DNA from: Candidatus Zhuqueibacterota bacterium
GTDB taxonomy: Bacteria > SM23-31
Assembly: GCA_042564455.1 (NCBI GenBank)
Contig: JBHPLC010000001.1
Location: 23,172-87,171, forward strand
DNA: 64,000 nt
Direction of reading: 5' to 3'
This document shows, piece by piece, positions 52,518 through 61,505 of the stretch. Numbering within the stretch: position 1 is the first letter of the stretch; every line of letters starts with the position of its first letter. Under the pieces are notes generated by a model. It made no database searches and was not told where the DNA came from. It was given only the letters and a program-made list of their open reading frames with translations. The position numbers and the translations under genes were made by a program.

Positions 52518-52870
52518 TTGAAAATTGACATAAACCACGTTTCCGTCTGCGGGTATTACTGCGGGGACTGCCACTTTCTGAACAGGCAATGCAAAAGGAT
52601 GTACATGTACGGGGGGAAAACCGTTCTGGTCCGACGATATCCCTGGAGGACTCTGCCTGATTTATAACTGCTGTGTCAACGAGAAAGAACTCGAGCACTG
52701 CGGTCTCAGTGAGGAACTTGTCTGGCAAGATATTCCTCGGTCTTAGCGATCCTAATATGAGTGATTTGATGTTTCAGAAATTTCTCAACGACATACAGGG
52801 AGTGCTAAAACGCCGTGCAAGGATCGATACTCAGCAGTGGCTTGTCAAACTCGCTGACAGGCTGAAATAG
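52518..52870 (+). pseudogene. DUF3795-like Cys-rich protein gene disrupted by two frameshifts
   Basis: Three consecutive frames together read 'KIDINHVSVCGYYCGDCHFLNRQCK|GCTCTGGKPFWSDDIPGGLCLIYNCCVNEKELEHCGL...|GKIFLGLSDPNMSDLMFQKFLNDIQGVLKRRARIDTQQWL'. This matches the CGxxCxxC...CxGC...CxIxxCC...CxxC layout I associate with DUF3795. The shifts are near the A-run 52593-52596 and near 52715-52725. Confidence 0.45.
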
Positions 52871-53004
52871 TACCTGCCGGAATCTATCTTTTTCCCGTTT
52901 TGTCCGGCACGGCTTGCCAGGGCCCATACTTCCATTATTTTTAACCGTTATACTGGATACATTTCTCTCTCTGATGACAAAATCCGTATTTGGGAACATT
53001 TCTT

Positions 53005-53135
53005 ATGCAATTTAAGGGAGTATTCACTGCATTTCTTGTATTATTCACCGTAGAAGTGTAGAAGTGACAAGTTATACGTGAAGATAATCCGAAATAAGGA
53101 GGCAAATAATAATCACTTGCATAGTTTTAATGTAT
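53005..53135 (+). repeat. Intergenic conserved element R1 (~130 nt), contains tandem GTAGAAGT-GTAGAAGT
   Basis: Aligns with 56391-56517 through the blocks ATGCAATT, AGG.GTATTC, TTATTCACC..AGAAGTGTAGAAGTG, GTGAAG, GAAATA, CACTT and AATGTAT. Confidence 0.7.
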
Positions 53136-53216
53136 CTATTATCTTCTAAACTTGTTGCCTAACTAAGCTCTGACAATGTACAGAGACATATTTTCCACTA
53201 TTTAAAAGGAATTAAA

Positions 53217-54497
53217 ATGAAAAAATCAGTGCAGTTGATCACCATGGTTGCATGTTTAGTAATTCTGATCAATATAAATATTGTATCTGCTCAGAACTGG
53301 CCTCAGTGGAGAGGTCCATTAATGACAGGTGCAGCCCCGGATGGAAATCCTCCGACCGAGTGGAGCGAACAGCAGAATATCAAATGGAAGATCCCTCTTC
53401 CCGGAAAAGGTTTCGCTACACCGGCAGTCTGGGGAAACAGCATATATATAACGGCGGGTATTCCATCTGAATCCGGATCATCATCCCGTAATAGAACACC
53501 TGTAAAATATGTGGTACTGGCTGTAGACCGCGAGACCGGCAGGATCAAATGGGAAAACACGGCAAAGGAGGAAATCCCGCACGAAGGACAGCATCAGACC
53601 TCCACCTGGGCCACCGCTTCTCCGATCACGGATGGAGAGCGTGTATATGCCTATTATGGATCCCGCGGTCTTTATTGCTACAATGTCGAGGGAAAACTGC
53701 TGTGGGAAAAAGACTTTGGTGACATGAGAAAACATAATGAGTTCGGTGAGGGCAGCTCTCCAGCATTGTATAAAAACCGCCTTGTTGTAAACTGGGATCA
53801 CGAAGGACAATCCTTTATAGTGGCGCTTGATGCAGCCACCGGTGAGGAAATCTGGAGGAAGTCACGGGATGAGGGCACTTCCTGGATGACTCCGCTGGTA
53901 GTCGAAGTAGCCGGCCAACCTCAGGTGATCACCAGTGCCACAAGCAAACTGCGCAGCTACGACCTGGCTTCTGGAGAGCTTATTTGGGAGGATGACGGTC
54001 TTGGATCTAACGTAATTCCTTCACCTGTAACAGCTGACGGAGTAGTTTATGTTATGAGCGGGCATCGGAATCCAGCTATGCGAGCAATCTGCCTTGAAGA
54101 AGCCAAGGGGAATATCAGCGGTTCTCCTGCTATACTCTGGTCATATAATCAGGATACGCCGTACACACCATCACCCCTGCTTCTCGGTGGAAAGTTGTAT
54201 TTTCTGAAGAGCAATAACGGAATTCTGACCTGTCTGAATGCGGATAACGGTCAGCAGTATTATTCAAATCAGCGGCTTGACGGCATCAGCGGTGTATATT
54301 CCTCCCCCGTGGGTGTTCAGGACAGGGTGTATGTTTTAGGCAGGGATGGAGTTACACTTGTACTGAGTAATGGCAGTGAATACAATGTTATTGGAACAAA
54401 CACGCTCGATGATAAATTTGACTCTTCACCAGCGATTGCCGGAGACGAGATATTTCTGCGGGGATATCAATTCCTATATTGCATCGCAAAACAATAG
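53217..54497 (+). CDS. PQQ-like/BamB-like beta-propeller repeat protein, secreted
   Basis: Signal peptide, an 'NWPQWRGP' start typical of this family, and repeated 'G.(V/I)Y(V/A)' blades. Confidence 0.7.
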   Translation: MKKSVQLITMVACLVILININIVSAQNWPQWRGPLMTGAAPDGNPPTEWSEQQNIKWKIPLPGKGFATPAVWGNSIYITAGIPSESGSSSRNRTPVKYVVLAVDRETGRIKWENTAKEEIPHEGQHQTSTWATASPITDGERVYAYYGSRGLYCYNVEGKLLWEKDFGDMRKHNEFGEGSSPALYKNRLVVNWDHEGQSFIVALDAATGEEIWRKSRDEGTSWMTPLVVEVAGQPQVITSATSKLRSYDLASGELIWEDDGLGSNVIPSPVTADGVVYVMSGHRNPAMRAICLEEAKGNISGSPAILWSYNQDTPYTPSPLLLGGKLYFLKSNNGILTCLNADNGQQYYSNQRLDGISGVYSSPVGVQDRVYVLGRDGVTLVLSNGSEYNVIGTNTLDDKFDSSPAIAGDEIFLRGYQFLYCIAKQ

Positions 54498-54633
54498 AAA
54501 ATCCCAAGTTTACATGCTTTTGGAGGTGTTTGCTGAAGGTGCGATCATTTACTCCCAAGATTAGGTGCTAAGAGTGAATTCCAGTATACATGGAGAGGTG
54601 TATTAAGGTTGAATTAATTGAAACAAAGTGCGA

Positions 54634-54846
54634 TTATAGTCTAAAATCCTCTTTAGTCTTTTTTTCAAGTTGCTTAATATAGTTTTCAATTCTTTTCCTC
54701 TTCGCCGGATTTTTAATCTCGGTGACATAACCTCTCTCAAGGTGACTGATAATACTAATTGACAATCCTGTTTCCAAAGCAATTTCGTCGAGAGTGATTT
54801 CATTCATTATGCGAAGTTTTCTGAGTTTTGTGAATTGCATAGTCAA
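54634..54846 (-). CDS. XRE-family helix-turn-helix protein
   Basis: 70 aa with 'ITLDEIALETGLSISIISHLERG', an HTH_3-like pattern. Confidence 0.7.
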   Translation of the reverse strand: MTMQFTKLRKLRIMNEITLDEIALETGLSISIISHLERGYVTEIKNPAKRKRIENYIKQLEKKTKEDFRL

Positions 54847-54906
54847 GACCTTTTTATTCTTGGAGATATATTCTTCATGTTTATTAATATCTAAATATAT
54901 ACAGCA

Positions 54907-55803
54907 TTAACCATCTTTTTTCAATCGATGTATTATTTCAGCTATTCGCATATCCGCCGTTTCCGGATCAAGCTGGCATGTACCCGCACCGCGAAGACCA
55001 CCTCCGCCATATCTTTTAAGCAGTTTCCCAATATTGGTATTGGAATCTCTCTTAAATATTGAATGGCCTACGGCACATATTATTTTACGCTTGCCTTTCC
55101 CCCAAAATAATCTTACTGAGATATTCCCTTCAGGGAAAAGAATATATTCATAAAACCGGTTACCAATTGGAACTAAATTCATATTGCGAAAGTCTATCAC
55201 AATCACATTTTCATCAATAGTTGTATTTTCTTGGAGAACATTTTTATAGTTTTCTAAGTCTGATAAAACATATTCACATCTAAGCTGCACCTCTATTTCT
55301 TCCAAAATCTCTTCTAAAGATAACTTTTTGATCCACTCGACCAATTCTTTAAAATAATTTTCATAATTACCGAGTGATGCCCTGGGATCGAGGCTTGTCA
55401 TCAACAGCATCCAACCTTTGGGATCTGTAATATCAGTCACATCCAATTGTGCGCTGTCTAATTTATCAACAGCTAACAAAAAATCTTCGAACTTCTTTAA
55501 TTTAATATCATTATAGTATTCATAGACTAATCGTGCAGCACTGGGTGCCATTCCGAATTTTCCTTTAAACTTTTTTGCCTTAACATTTTTGTCTCGGGTT
55601 TCTTCTGATATATGGTGGTCAAACCACATATAGCAATCCGGATGATAAGGCAAATTACATATTATATCACCCCTTCTAACATCAACTCTACCATCCTGCA
55701 TTTCCTTGGGATTTGCAAAAACAATTGAATCAACTTTTTCCATCATCGTTATGAAAACAGCACATCCCAAACCATCGGCATCACCTCTTGTTATAAGACG
55801 CAT
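54907..55803 (-). CDS. DHH/DHHA1-family phosphoesterase (NrnA-like)
   Basis: 'GDADGLGCAV' (motifs I/II), 'WFDHHISE' (DHH motif) and a C-terminal 'YGGGGLRGAGT' resembling DHHA1 GGGH..AAG with His replaced. Confidence 0.65.
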   Translation of the reverse strand: MRLITRGDADGLGCAVFITMMEKVDSIVFANPKEMQDGRVDVRRGDIICNLPYHPDCYMWFDHHISEETRDKNVKAKKFKGKFGMAPSAARLVYEYYNDIKLKKFEDFLLAVDKLDSAQLDVTDITDPKGWMLLMTSLDPRASLGNYENYFKELVEWIKKLSLEEILEEIEVQLRCEYVLSDLENYKNVLQENTTIDENVIVIDFRNMNLVPIGNRFYEYILFPEGNISVRLFWGKGKRKIICAVGHSIFKRDSNTNIGKLLKRYGGGGLRGAGTCQLDPETADMRIAEIIHRLKKDG

Positions 55804-55827
55804 CGTGATCCTCCTGTCGAAAAATTA

Positions 55828-56196
55828 TTAATCACTATCAAAAGCTTTTTTAACTGTTTTAACTAAATCAGACAGGAGTACGGGTTTGAATAAATAATCG
55901 TTGAATCCGATTTCTAGAAAATGTTCTTTGCTGAAATCTTTGTGATACCCTGTAACAGCAATGATAACCGTACTTTTATCTTTCTTTCTTATATTCCAAC
56001 ATAACTCGTCTCCTGTCATTCCAGGCATCTTCAAATCCGACAGAATAACTTTAAATTGACGTTTGGAGAGAATTTCAAGAGCTTCTTCACCCGAGCAAGC
56101 AGTTGTAACATCATAACCGACGCCTGCTAAAATCTCTTTGAAGATTTCAGTAATTTCCGTCTCATCATCAATTACTAAAATTGACTTTTCACTCAT
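55828..56196 (-). CDS. Stand-alone response-regulator receiver domain protein
   Basis: 'ILVIDDE', 'VILSDLKMPGMTG' and 'IIAVTG...KP'. Confidence 0.85.
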   Translation of the reverse strand: MSEKSILVIDDETEITEIFKEILAGVGYDVTTACSGEEALEILSKRQFKVILSDLKMPGMTGDELCWNIRKKDKSTVIIAVTGYHKDFSKEHFLEIGFNDYLFKPVLLSDLVKTVKKAFDSD

Positions 56197-56390
56197 GAAT
56201 GGTTATTCTCCATATCAGTTATTAAAAAGTTGGGATATTGTTTTCTTAGATTCTGACATCAATTTAATAAATGACCGTGTCAATCGCAAATATAATACCG
56301 AATTATTGAAGCCATATTTCTAACAACGGTTTTTATTAGTTTTGTAGACCTTGTGCTCAGATAAATTTAATTATTTACATAGCATTTATC

Positions 56391-56517
56391 ATGCAATTCA
56401 GGAGGTATTCTTTTTATTTATTATTTTATTCACCACAGAAGTGTAGAAGTGCAGTGTGAAGGTATGAAATATCCTGAAATAGAATTGATAAATTACACTT
56501 TCACTAAAAGAATGTAT
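56391..56517 (+). repeat. Intergenic conserved element R2 (copy of R1)
   Basis: See R1. It shares TTATTCACCACAGAAGTGTAGAAGTG and the flanking blocks, in the same orientation. Confidence 0.7.
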
Positions 56518-57009
56518 GCCTCAACTTTTTAAACCAATGACTTCAACTTGTTCTGACGAGTTCAATATGCAAAGCCATATTTCAGCGTATTTTATTATTT
56601 TACACAATAATGAAAATTAATTTGACTTCTCTTATAAAAAAAACATGACAATTGTTTTTGTGAATATTATACTATTTATCAGTCAGAATGATGTCTGTGT
56701 GTGGGGTATAAGGCGGACTCTGGCTAACTTCAATAAATGTTCTAATATCAAAGTATTTCTGCTAAAATATTATTCTGAAACATTTTTGAGCTGGCCTGAC
56801 AGTAATATATTAATTAAGTATGAATTTCGATTATTTTTCTGTTCTTCATTAAGTAATATTATGAGGATATAGGGAATATCTAACAGTATATTGCACCAGT
56901 GTTAATATATCATTAGTATCATAAAAAATATTCAATATTCTATGGAACAAAATCTATTTTTATTTGTAACAATGATATAACCATTAATAAATAGTCCATT
57001 GATCTGGTA

Positions 57010-58557
57010 GTGAATATGAATTCTGCTGGTTTAAAAATATATTTTTGCTGTTGTTGGTTTCTTTTTACACTGCTTATATCCGTATACTCATGCAAAAAAT
57101 CACCAACCGAGCCTGTTAACTCAAAATCGGTAATTAGGAGTATTTCTGCCGATCCATCCTATTTAGACTATCTTTACTCGGACACATCAGCTTATTCACT
57201 TATAACTGTTTCCGCATATGATCCAGATGGTGATAAACTTACTTTCAGCTTTTCAGCATCAAAAGGTGAAATACGTGATGTGTCGGACAGCACTGCAAAG
57301 TACTTTCCTGAAGAATTCACTGGTATGGCAGAAGTCACCTGCAGTGTGAGTGATGGGGAATTGACCATTGAGGATGAAGTAGGTATTTTCGTAAATTACA
57401 AGGAGAATATTCCGCCTAGAATAAAAGGATATTTCAGGCATCCGCATAATACGTTCATTGATGAATTTGGAGTAGTTAATCCGGTTGTATTGGAGGTAAT
57501 CGCAGAGGATTCTAATAATGATAAGTTGACTTTTACATTCGAGGCAGAACAGGGAATTTTATCTGAGCAAGACAGCAATACAGTAGAATATACCGCACCG
57601 GCAGGAGTTGGAGATTATCTAATAAACTGTATTGTGACTGACTGATTTGATTCTGATTCAGGGAATTTAACAGTAAATGTATCAGAATTATCGTACCATC
57701 TTCAGCATTACACAAGGATAGCATTTGCTTCCGACAGGTCAGGGAATTATGAAATATATACTATGCGTCCTGACGGATCGGACCTTAAGAGATTAACTAC
57801 CAGTCCAGGTTCAGATACTGAGCCTGACTGGTCTCCTGATGGATCAAAGATCGTTTTTACATCGACACGCAGCGGAAGCAGTGATATATGGTTAATGGAT
57901 GCGGACGGATCTAATCAGACTCAAATTACAGATATTATTCATTCAGAATTTTATCCTCGTTGGTCACCTGACGGATCGAAAATAATGTTTACAGTTGATA
58001 GTTTTCTTGCGATAGATTTACATTTAGTAAATCCTGATGGTTCAAATATAGAATTTACTCAGTTCAGAAGATATCCATATGCAACAAGATTTGGGGATTG
58101 GTCTCCTGATGAATTAAATGTTGTATTTTCATCACGCGTTTATAGTGAGTTTAATTTATTCAAATCCAATATTAATGGTAATACATGGATCCAAGTGACT
58201 TTTGATGATAAAAGAGAATACTACCCTTCCTGGTCACCTTTATGAGATGAGATCGTATTCAGATCGGAAAGAACAGAGGGTTATTCTACAAGGGATATAT
58301 TTAAGATAAATACAGACGGAAGCGGATTGGTAAATTTATCTAATACCGAAGTTCATGATGATCATCCTGCCTGGTCACCGGATGGACAGATGATAGTTTT
58401 CGATTCAATGAGGGACTGGCCACCGGGATATGTAGATCCTCACGTTATTATATACACGGAAATATATATGATGAAATCAGACGGGACTCAACAAACGAGG
58501 CTGACTTTTGTTAAATCCCGGAATATAACACCTGCCTGGTCACCGATAATTAAATAG
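57010..58557 (+). CDS. Lipoprotein with two Ig-like domains and a TolB-like WD40 propeller; two in-frame TGAs (57643-57645, 58243-58245)
   Basis: Lipobox 'VYSCK'. Track ORFs 57010..57645, 57763..58245 and 58327..58557 are all in one frame and are separated only by single TGAs. The codons after each TGA continue the repeats ('IAFASDRSGNYEIYTMRPDGS', 'DEIVFRSERTEG...INTDGSG'). WSPDG repeats run throughout. Confidence 0.6.
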
Positions 58558-58611
58558 CAGTAAAACCATCATTAACTGATTTTCTTCACAAAAAGGGATG
58601 GAACGCCTCAG

Positions 58612-58655
58612 AAACCGGGATAGCTTAAGTATTATGGTTATCCCGGTTTTACTTT
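58612..58655 (+). terminator. Intrinsic terminator
   Basis: AAACCGGGATA (58612-58622) / TATCCCGGTTT (58639-58649) followed by T-rich sequence. Confidence 0.7.
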
Positions 58656-58914
58656 TATGCTGGAAGTAAACTTATTTCAAGCGAGAATGCATATGACACT
58701 TCCAATCCTGGAGTATTATATTCCAATAAAATACCTGATTTTACAAGAAAGGCGGCCCTTAACGAGTCGCCTTTTTCATGTGAGTTAAGTAATAATCTGG
58801 GATTTCTTACTTTCCTTAGGCGGAGAAAAGTACTTCTTAATAACCTTCTTCTCAAGTTTGCCTGCCTGTGACATGGCCTAGGCGGACAAATCCAGTCAAA
58901 GCTATAAATCAATT

Positions 58915-58950
58915 ACAAGGACTCAGAGCTTAAATCGGAATCCTTTTTTT
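58915..58950 (+). repeat. Copy C of the tRNA-terminator element
   Basis: ACAAGGACTCAGAGCTTAAATCGGAATCCTTTTTTT. The upstream 'AAATCCAGTCAAAGCTATAA' resembles the copy-B flank (AATCCAGGTGTC...AAAGTATAA) with the T-arm/acceptor segment deleted. Confidence 0.55.
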
Positions 58951-59176
58951 ATGGCATAAATAGCCATTAACTATCATAGTTTTTGGTGAAATTATACCAG
59001 AATTATGTTGCTTTATTTTTGTTGTATATGCCAAATGAAGTTTAATTAAGAATTTTTCCATATATTATTGAAAATGGCAATGAAATATATTATATTGTGC
59101 AATTCGATGTGAATTACATCGCTAACAAGAGTAATCTTGCCTTAAACATATATCTTTTCAAGTAAAGGAGATATGA

Positions 59177-59701
59177 ATGGAAAATGTGCTTGTATCAGAT
59201 ATAATGATTTATCTTGATGAGTATCCTGCAATTGCAAGTACTGCAACTATACGTGAAGCCATGGATATGATGGAGAATTTTCAGATAAGTGTTCATGAGC
59301 ATAAATCTCGACCAAGAGTAATCCTTGTTCTGGATAAAGACGACAGACTTATAGGATTTGTACGGAGAAGGGATATCCTCAGGGGACTGGAACCCTCTTT
59401 TCTTCAGAGCAGAATGCTGAAATACCAGAAAAAACTTTTTAATATAAAGATTGATCCGGAATTGTCCGAATTTTCGTTTGAAAATCTGTTCAGGAATCTG
59501 AAAACCAATTCTGAGAAACCGGTCAAGGAAATTATGATAACGGATGTTTTCACCATTAATTATGACGAACATCTGATAAAAGCAATTAGCTTGCTTGTAG
59601 AGAATGATATTACGTTTCTTCCGGTTTTGAATAAAGGAAAAGTTGTTGGTGTTATCAGATCGATCGAGGTCTTTCGTGAAATAGCAAAATATATCAAATA
59701 A
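59177..59701 (+). CDS. CBS-domain pair protein
   Basis: 174 aa with two CBS-like units ('VSDIM...ATIREAMDMM', 'VKEIMITDVFTINYDEHLIKAISLLVENDITFLPVL'). AAGGAG RBS present. Confidence 0.7.
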   Translation: MENVLVSDIMIYLDEYPAIASTATIREAMDMMENFQISVHEHKSRPRVILVLDKDDRLIGFVRRRDILRGLEPSFLQSRMLKYQKKLFNIKIDPELSEFSFENLFRNLKTNSEKPVKEIMITDVFTINYDEHLIKAISLLVENDITFLPVLNKGKVVGVIRSIEVFREIAKYIK

Positions 59702-59764
59702 ATTGAAGGTTTGTTCCAGAAAATTTGCAGTTAAACCAGATATCGTTTAAAACGGAATGTTCAT

Positions 59765-61282
59765 ATGGCAAATCATGTTAAATCACCTAAAGTTAAGAGA
59801 TCTACTAGTATTGACAAAAAGCGATTGTCCTTTATTTTTCTGGGACTATTCTTGTTCTTAATTGTTTATTTTTCACCGCCATTTCCCGATGCAATAGATC
59901 CATCAGATCCATCAGGTAATATAATTGTATTGAGTGAAAACGGTAAAATTGGCATAGGGCTGTTTCTGCTTGCTGCAACATGGTGGGTGTTTGAGGTAAT
60001 ACCAATTGGAGTTACGGCAATTCTGATAGCGGTCGTTCAGTCAATTTTTGCTATCCGTGCTAATAATCCCGCTGATCCTCCACCACCAGCCAATATCGAG
60101 TTTATGAATTTTATGGATCCTAATGTATGGTTCATTTTTGGTTCAATTGTATTCGGACTGGTGTTCACGAAAACAGGATTGGCAAAAAGAATGGCATATA
60201 AGATGCTGATCCTTGTCGGAGAAAAAACAAGCATGATCTATTTAGGCAGCTTCGTAATGACGGCTTTGCTGACACTTATAATGGCTCATACTGCTGTTGC
60301 AGCGACACTTTTTCCGCTGTTTATGGCTATCTATTCACTTTACAACTCAAGTGATAAACCTACGAAATTCGGTAAAGGTCTATTCATAGGAATGGCATTT
60401 ACAGCCGGGGCGGGCAGTATAATTACGTTGCTGGGTGCTGCAAGAGGCGCAGTAGCGATCGGCTTTTTCAAGGATATTGTCGGAAGAGAAATAACATTTT
60501 TTGAGGTGACTAAGTATATGTTTCCCCTGGGTTTCATAATGGTATTTGTCCTGTGGGGATACATGATGGTCGTTTTTAAACCTGAGCAAAAGACCATCCC
60601 GGGTCTGCGCTCAAGAGCGGAATCCCTTTATAAAAGACTTGGTTCAATAACTAAGAATGAGCTGTTAGCCGTGGCAATTGTTCTAACATCTATTATAATC
60701 CTGAGTCTTAAATCTTTTGTTCCTGCCCTTGGTTTCCTGAATAAAAGCGCAGTTATTCTTACTACGACTGTACTGTTCTTCCTCTTTAATATTCTGTCCA
60801 TAAAGGACCTCGAAGAAATTCCGTGGAATATAATCCTGCTTTTCGGAGGGGCAATGAGTATAGGTTTCTGCTTATATGAAACAGGCGCTGCAGAGTGGAT
60901 GGCTATTCATTGGCTTTCAATGTTCCGGGAAGCCCACTGGTTTATATTTGCCATGGGTATTACATTTTTTATTCTCATATTAACAAACCTTATAATGAAT
61001 GTAGCAGCTATATCGATTTCACTGCCTGTTGCTCTGATAATCGCAGAGAACATGGGAGTAGCGCCGGAGATAATCCTCTTTCTCGCCCTTGCAGCTGCAG
61101 GTATGCCGTTTCTGTTCCTTGTAGGAGCCGCACCAAATGCAATAGCATATAACAGCGGGCAGTTCACTACAGGAGAATTTTTTAAGGTGGGTATTCCGGC
61201 AAGCCTTATACTAATGGTTGTGTTGGCAATTTTTACTTGTCTGATCTGGCCGCTAATGGGTATGCCGATATTACTGAATTGA
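59765..61282 (+). CDS. DASS/SLC13-type (ArsB/NhaD superfamily) anion transporter
   Basis: 505 aa, polytopic. Two repeated halves with hairpin-like 'AGAGSIITLLGAARG' and 'VGAAPNAIAY' segments typical of DASS permeases. Confidence 0.6.
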   Translation: MANHVKSPKVKRSTSIDKKRLSFIFLGLFLFLIVYFSPPFPDAIDPSDPSGNIIVLSENGKIGIGLFLLAATWWVFEVIPIGVTAILIAVVQSIFAIRANNPADPPPPANIEFMNFMDPNVWFIFGSIVFGLVFTKTGLAKRMAYKMLILVGEKTSMIYLGSFVMTALLTLIMAHTAVAATLFPLFMAIYSLYNSSDKPTKFGKGLFIGMAFTAGAGSIITLLGAARGAVAIGFFKDIVGREITFFEVTKYMFPLGFIMVFVLWGYMMVVFKPEQKTIPGLRSRAESLYKRLGSITKNELLAVAIVLTSIIILSLKSFVPALGFLNKSAVILTTTVLFFLFNILSIKDLEEIPWNIILLFGGAMSIGFCLYETGAAEWMAIHWLSMFREAHWFIFAMGITFFILILTNLIMNVAAISISLPVALIIAENMGVAPEIILFLALAAAGMPFLFLVGAAPNAIAYNSGQFTTGEFFKVGIPASLILMVVLAIFTCLIWPLMGMPILLN

Positions 61283-61505
61283 AAAATACATAAACAAGTT
61301 AGATATTATTTGTTTATTACTCGCAGGATAAACCCTGCTTAAAAGTATGAATACAATTAGTACAATTTGTTTATGATAAAATCTTCTAAGAAAATTCTTT
61401 TGCTTTCCATCGGTTAGTTTGAAATTAGTCCCATAATCCTGCCAAGCGGAATGCCAGAGGCAGATCCGTCTCGGGCAGATAGATATTGAAGTTGTCTTAA
61501 ATATT

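Noticed and set aside
53005-53061. Small hydrophobic peptide ORF inside repeat R1 (ATG 53005: MQFKGVFTAFLVLFTVEV*)
   Set aside because: The second copy (ATG 56391) has a 1-nt length difference before the conserved TTATTCACC block. The shared sequence is therefore read in a different frame (MQFRRYSFYLLFYSPQKCRSAV*). Conservation is at the nucleotide level, not the peptide level.
53051-53066. Tandem GTAGAAGT repeats as a possible CRISPR or other array
   Set aside because: There are only two 8-nt units per locus with no spacers. Nothing in the window resembles a CRISPR array and no cas genes are present.
58655-58912. 85-aa minus-strand ORF as a real gene
   Set aside because: The translation is Arg/Leu-rich and it spans hairpins and the tRNA-remnant region. 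It has no RBS and is more consistent with non-coding sequence.
20817-58950. Active integrative element or prophage at the tRNA
   Set aside because: No integrase, excisionase, transposase, or phage or conjugation genes are visible anywhere in the interval. Only old scars (tRNA fragments) and compositional heterogeneity remain.
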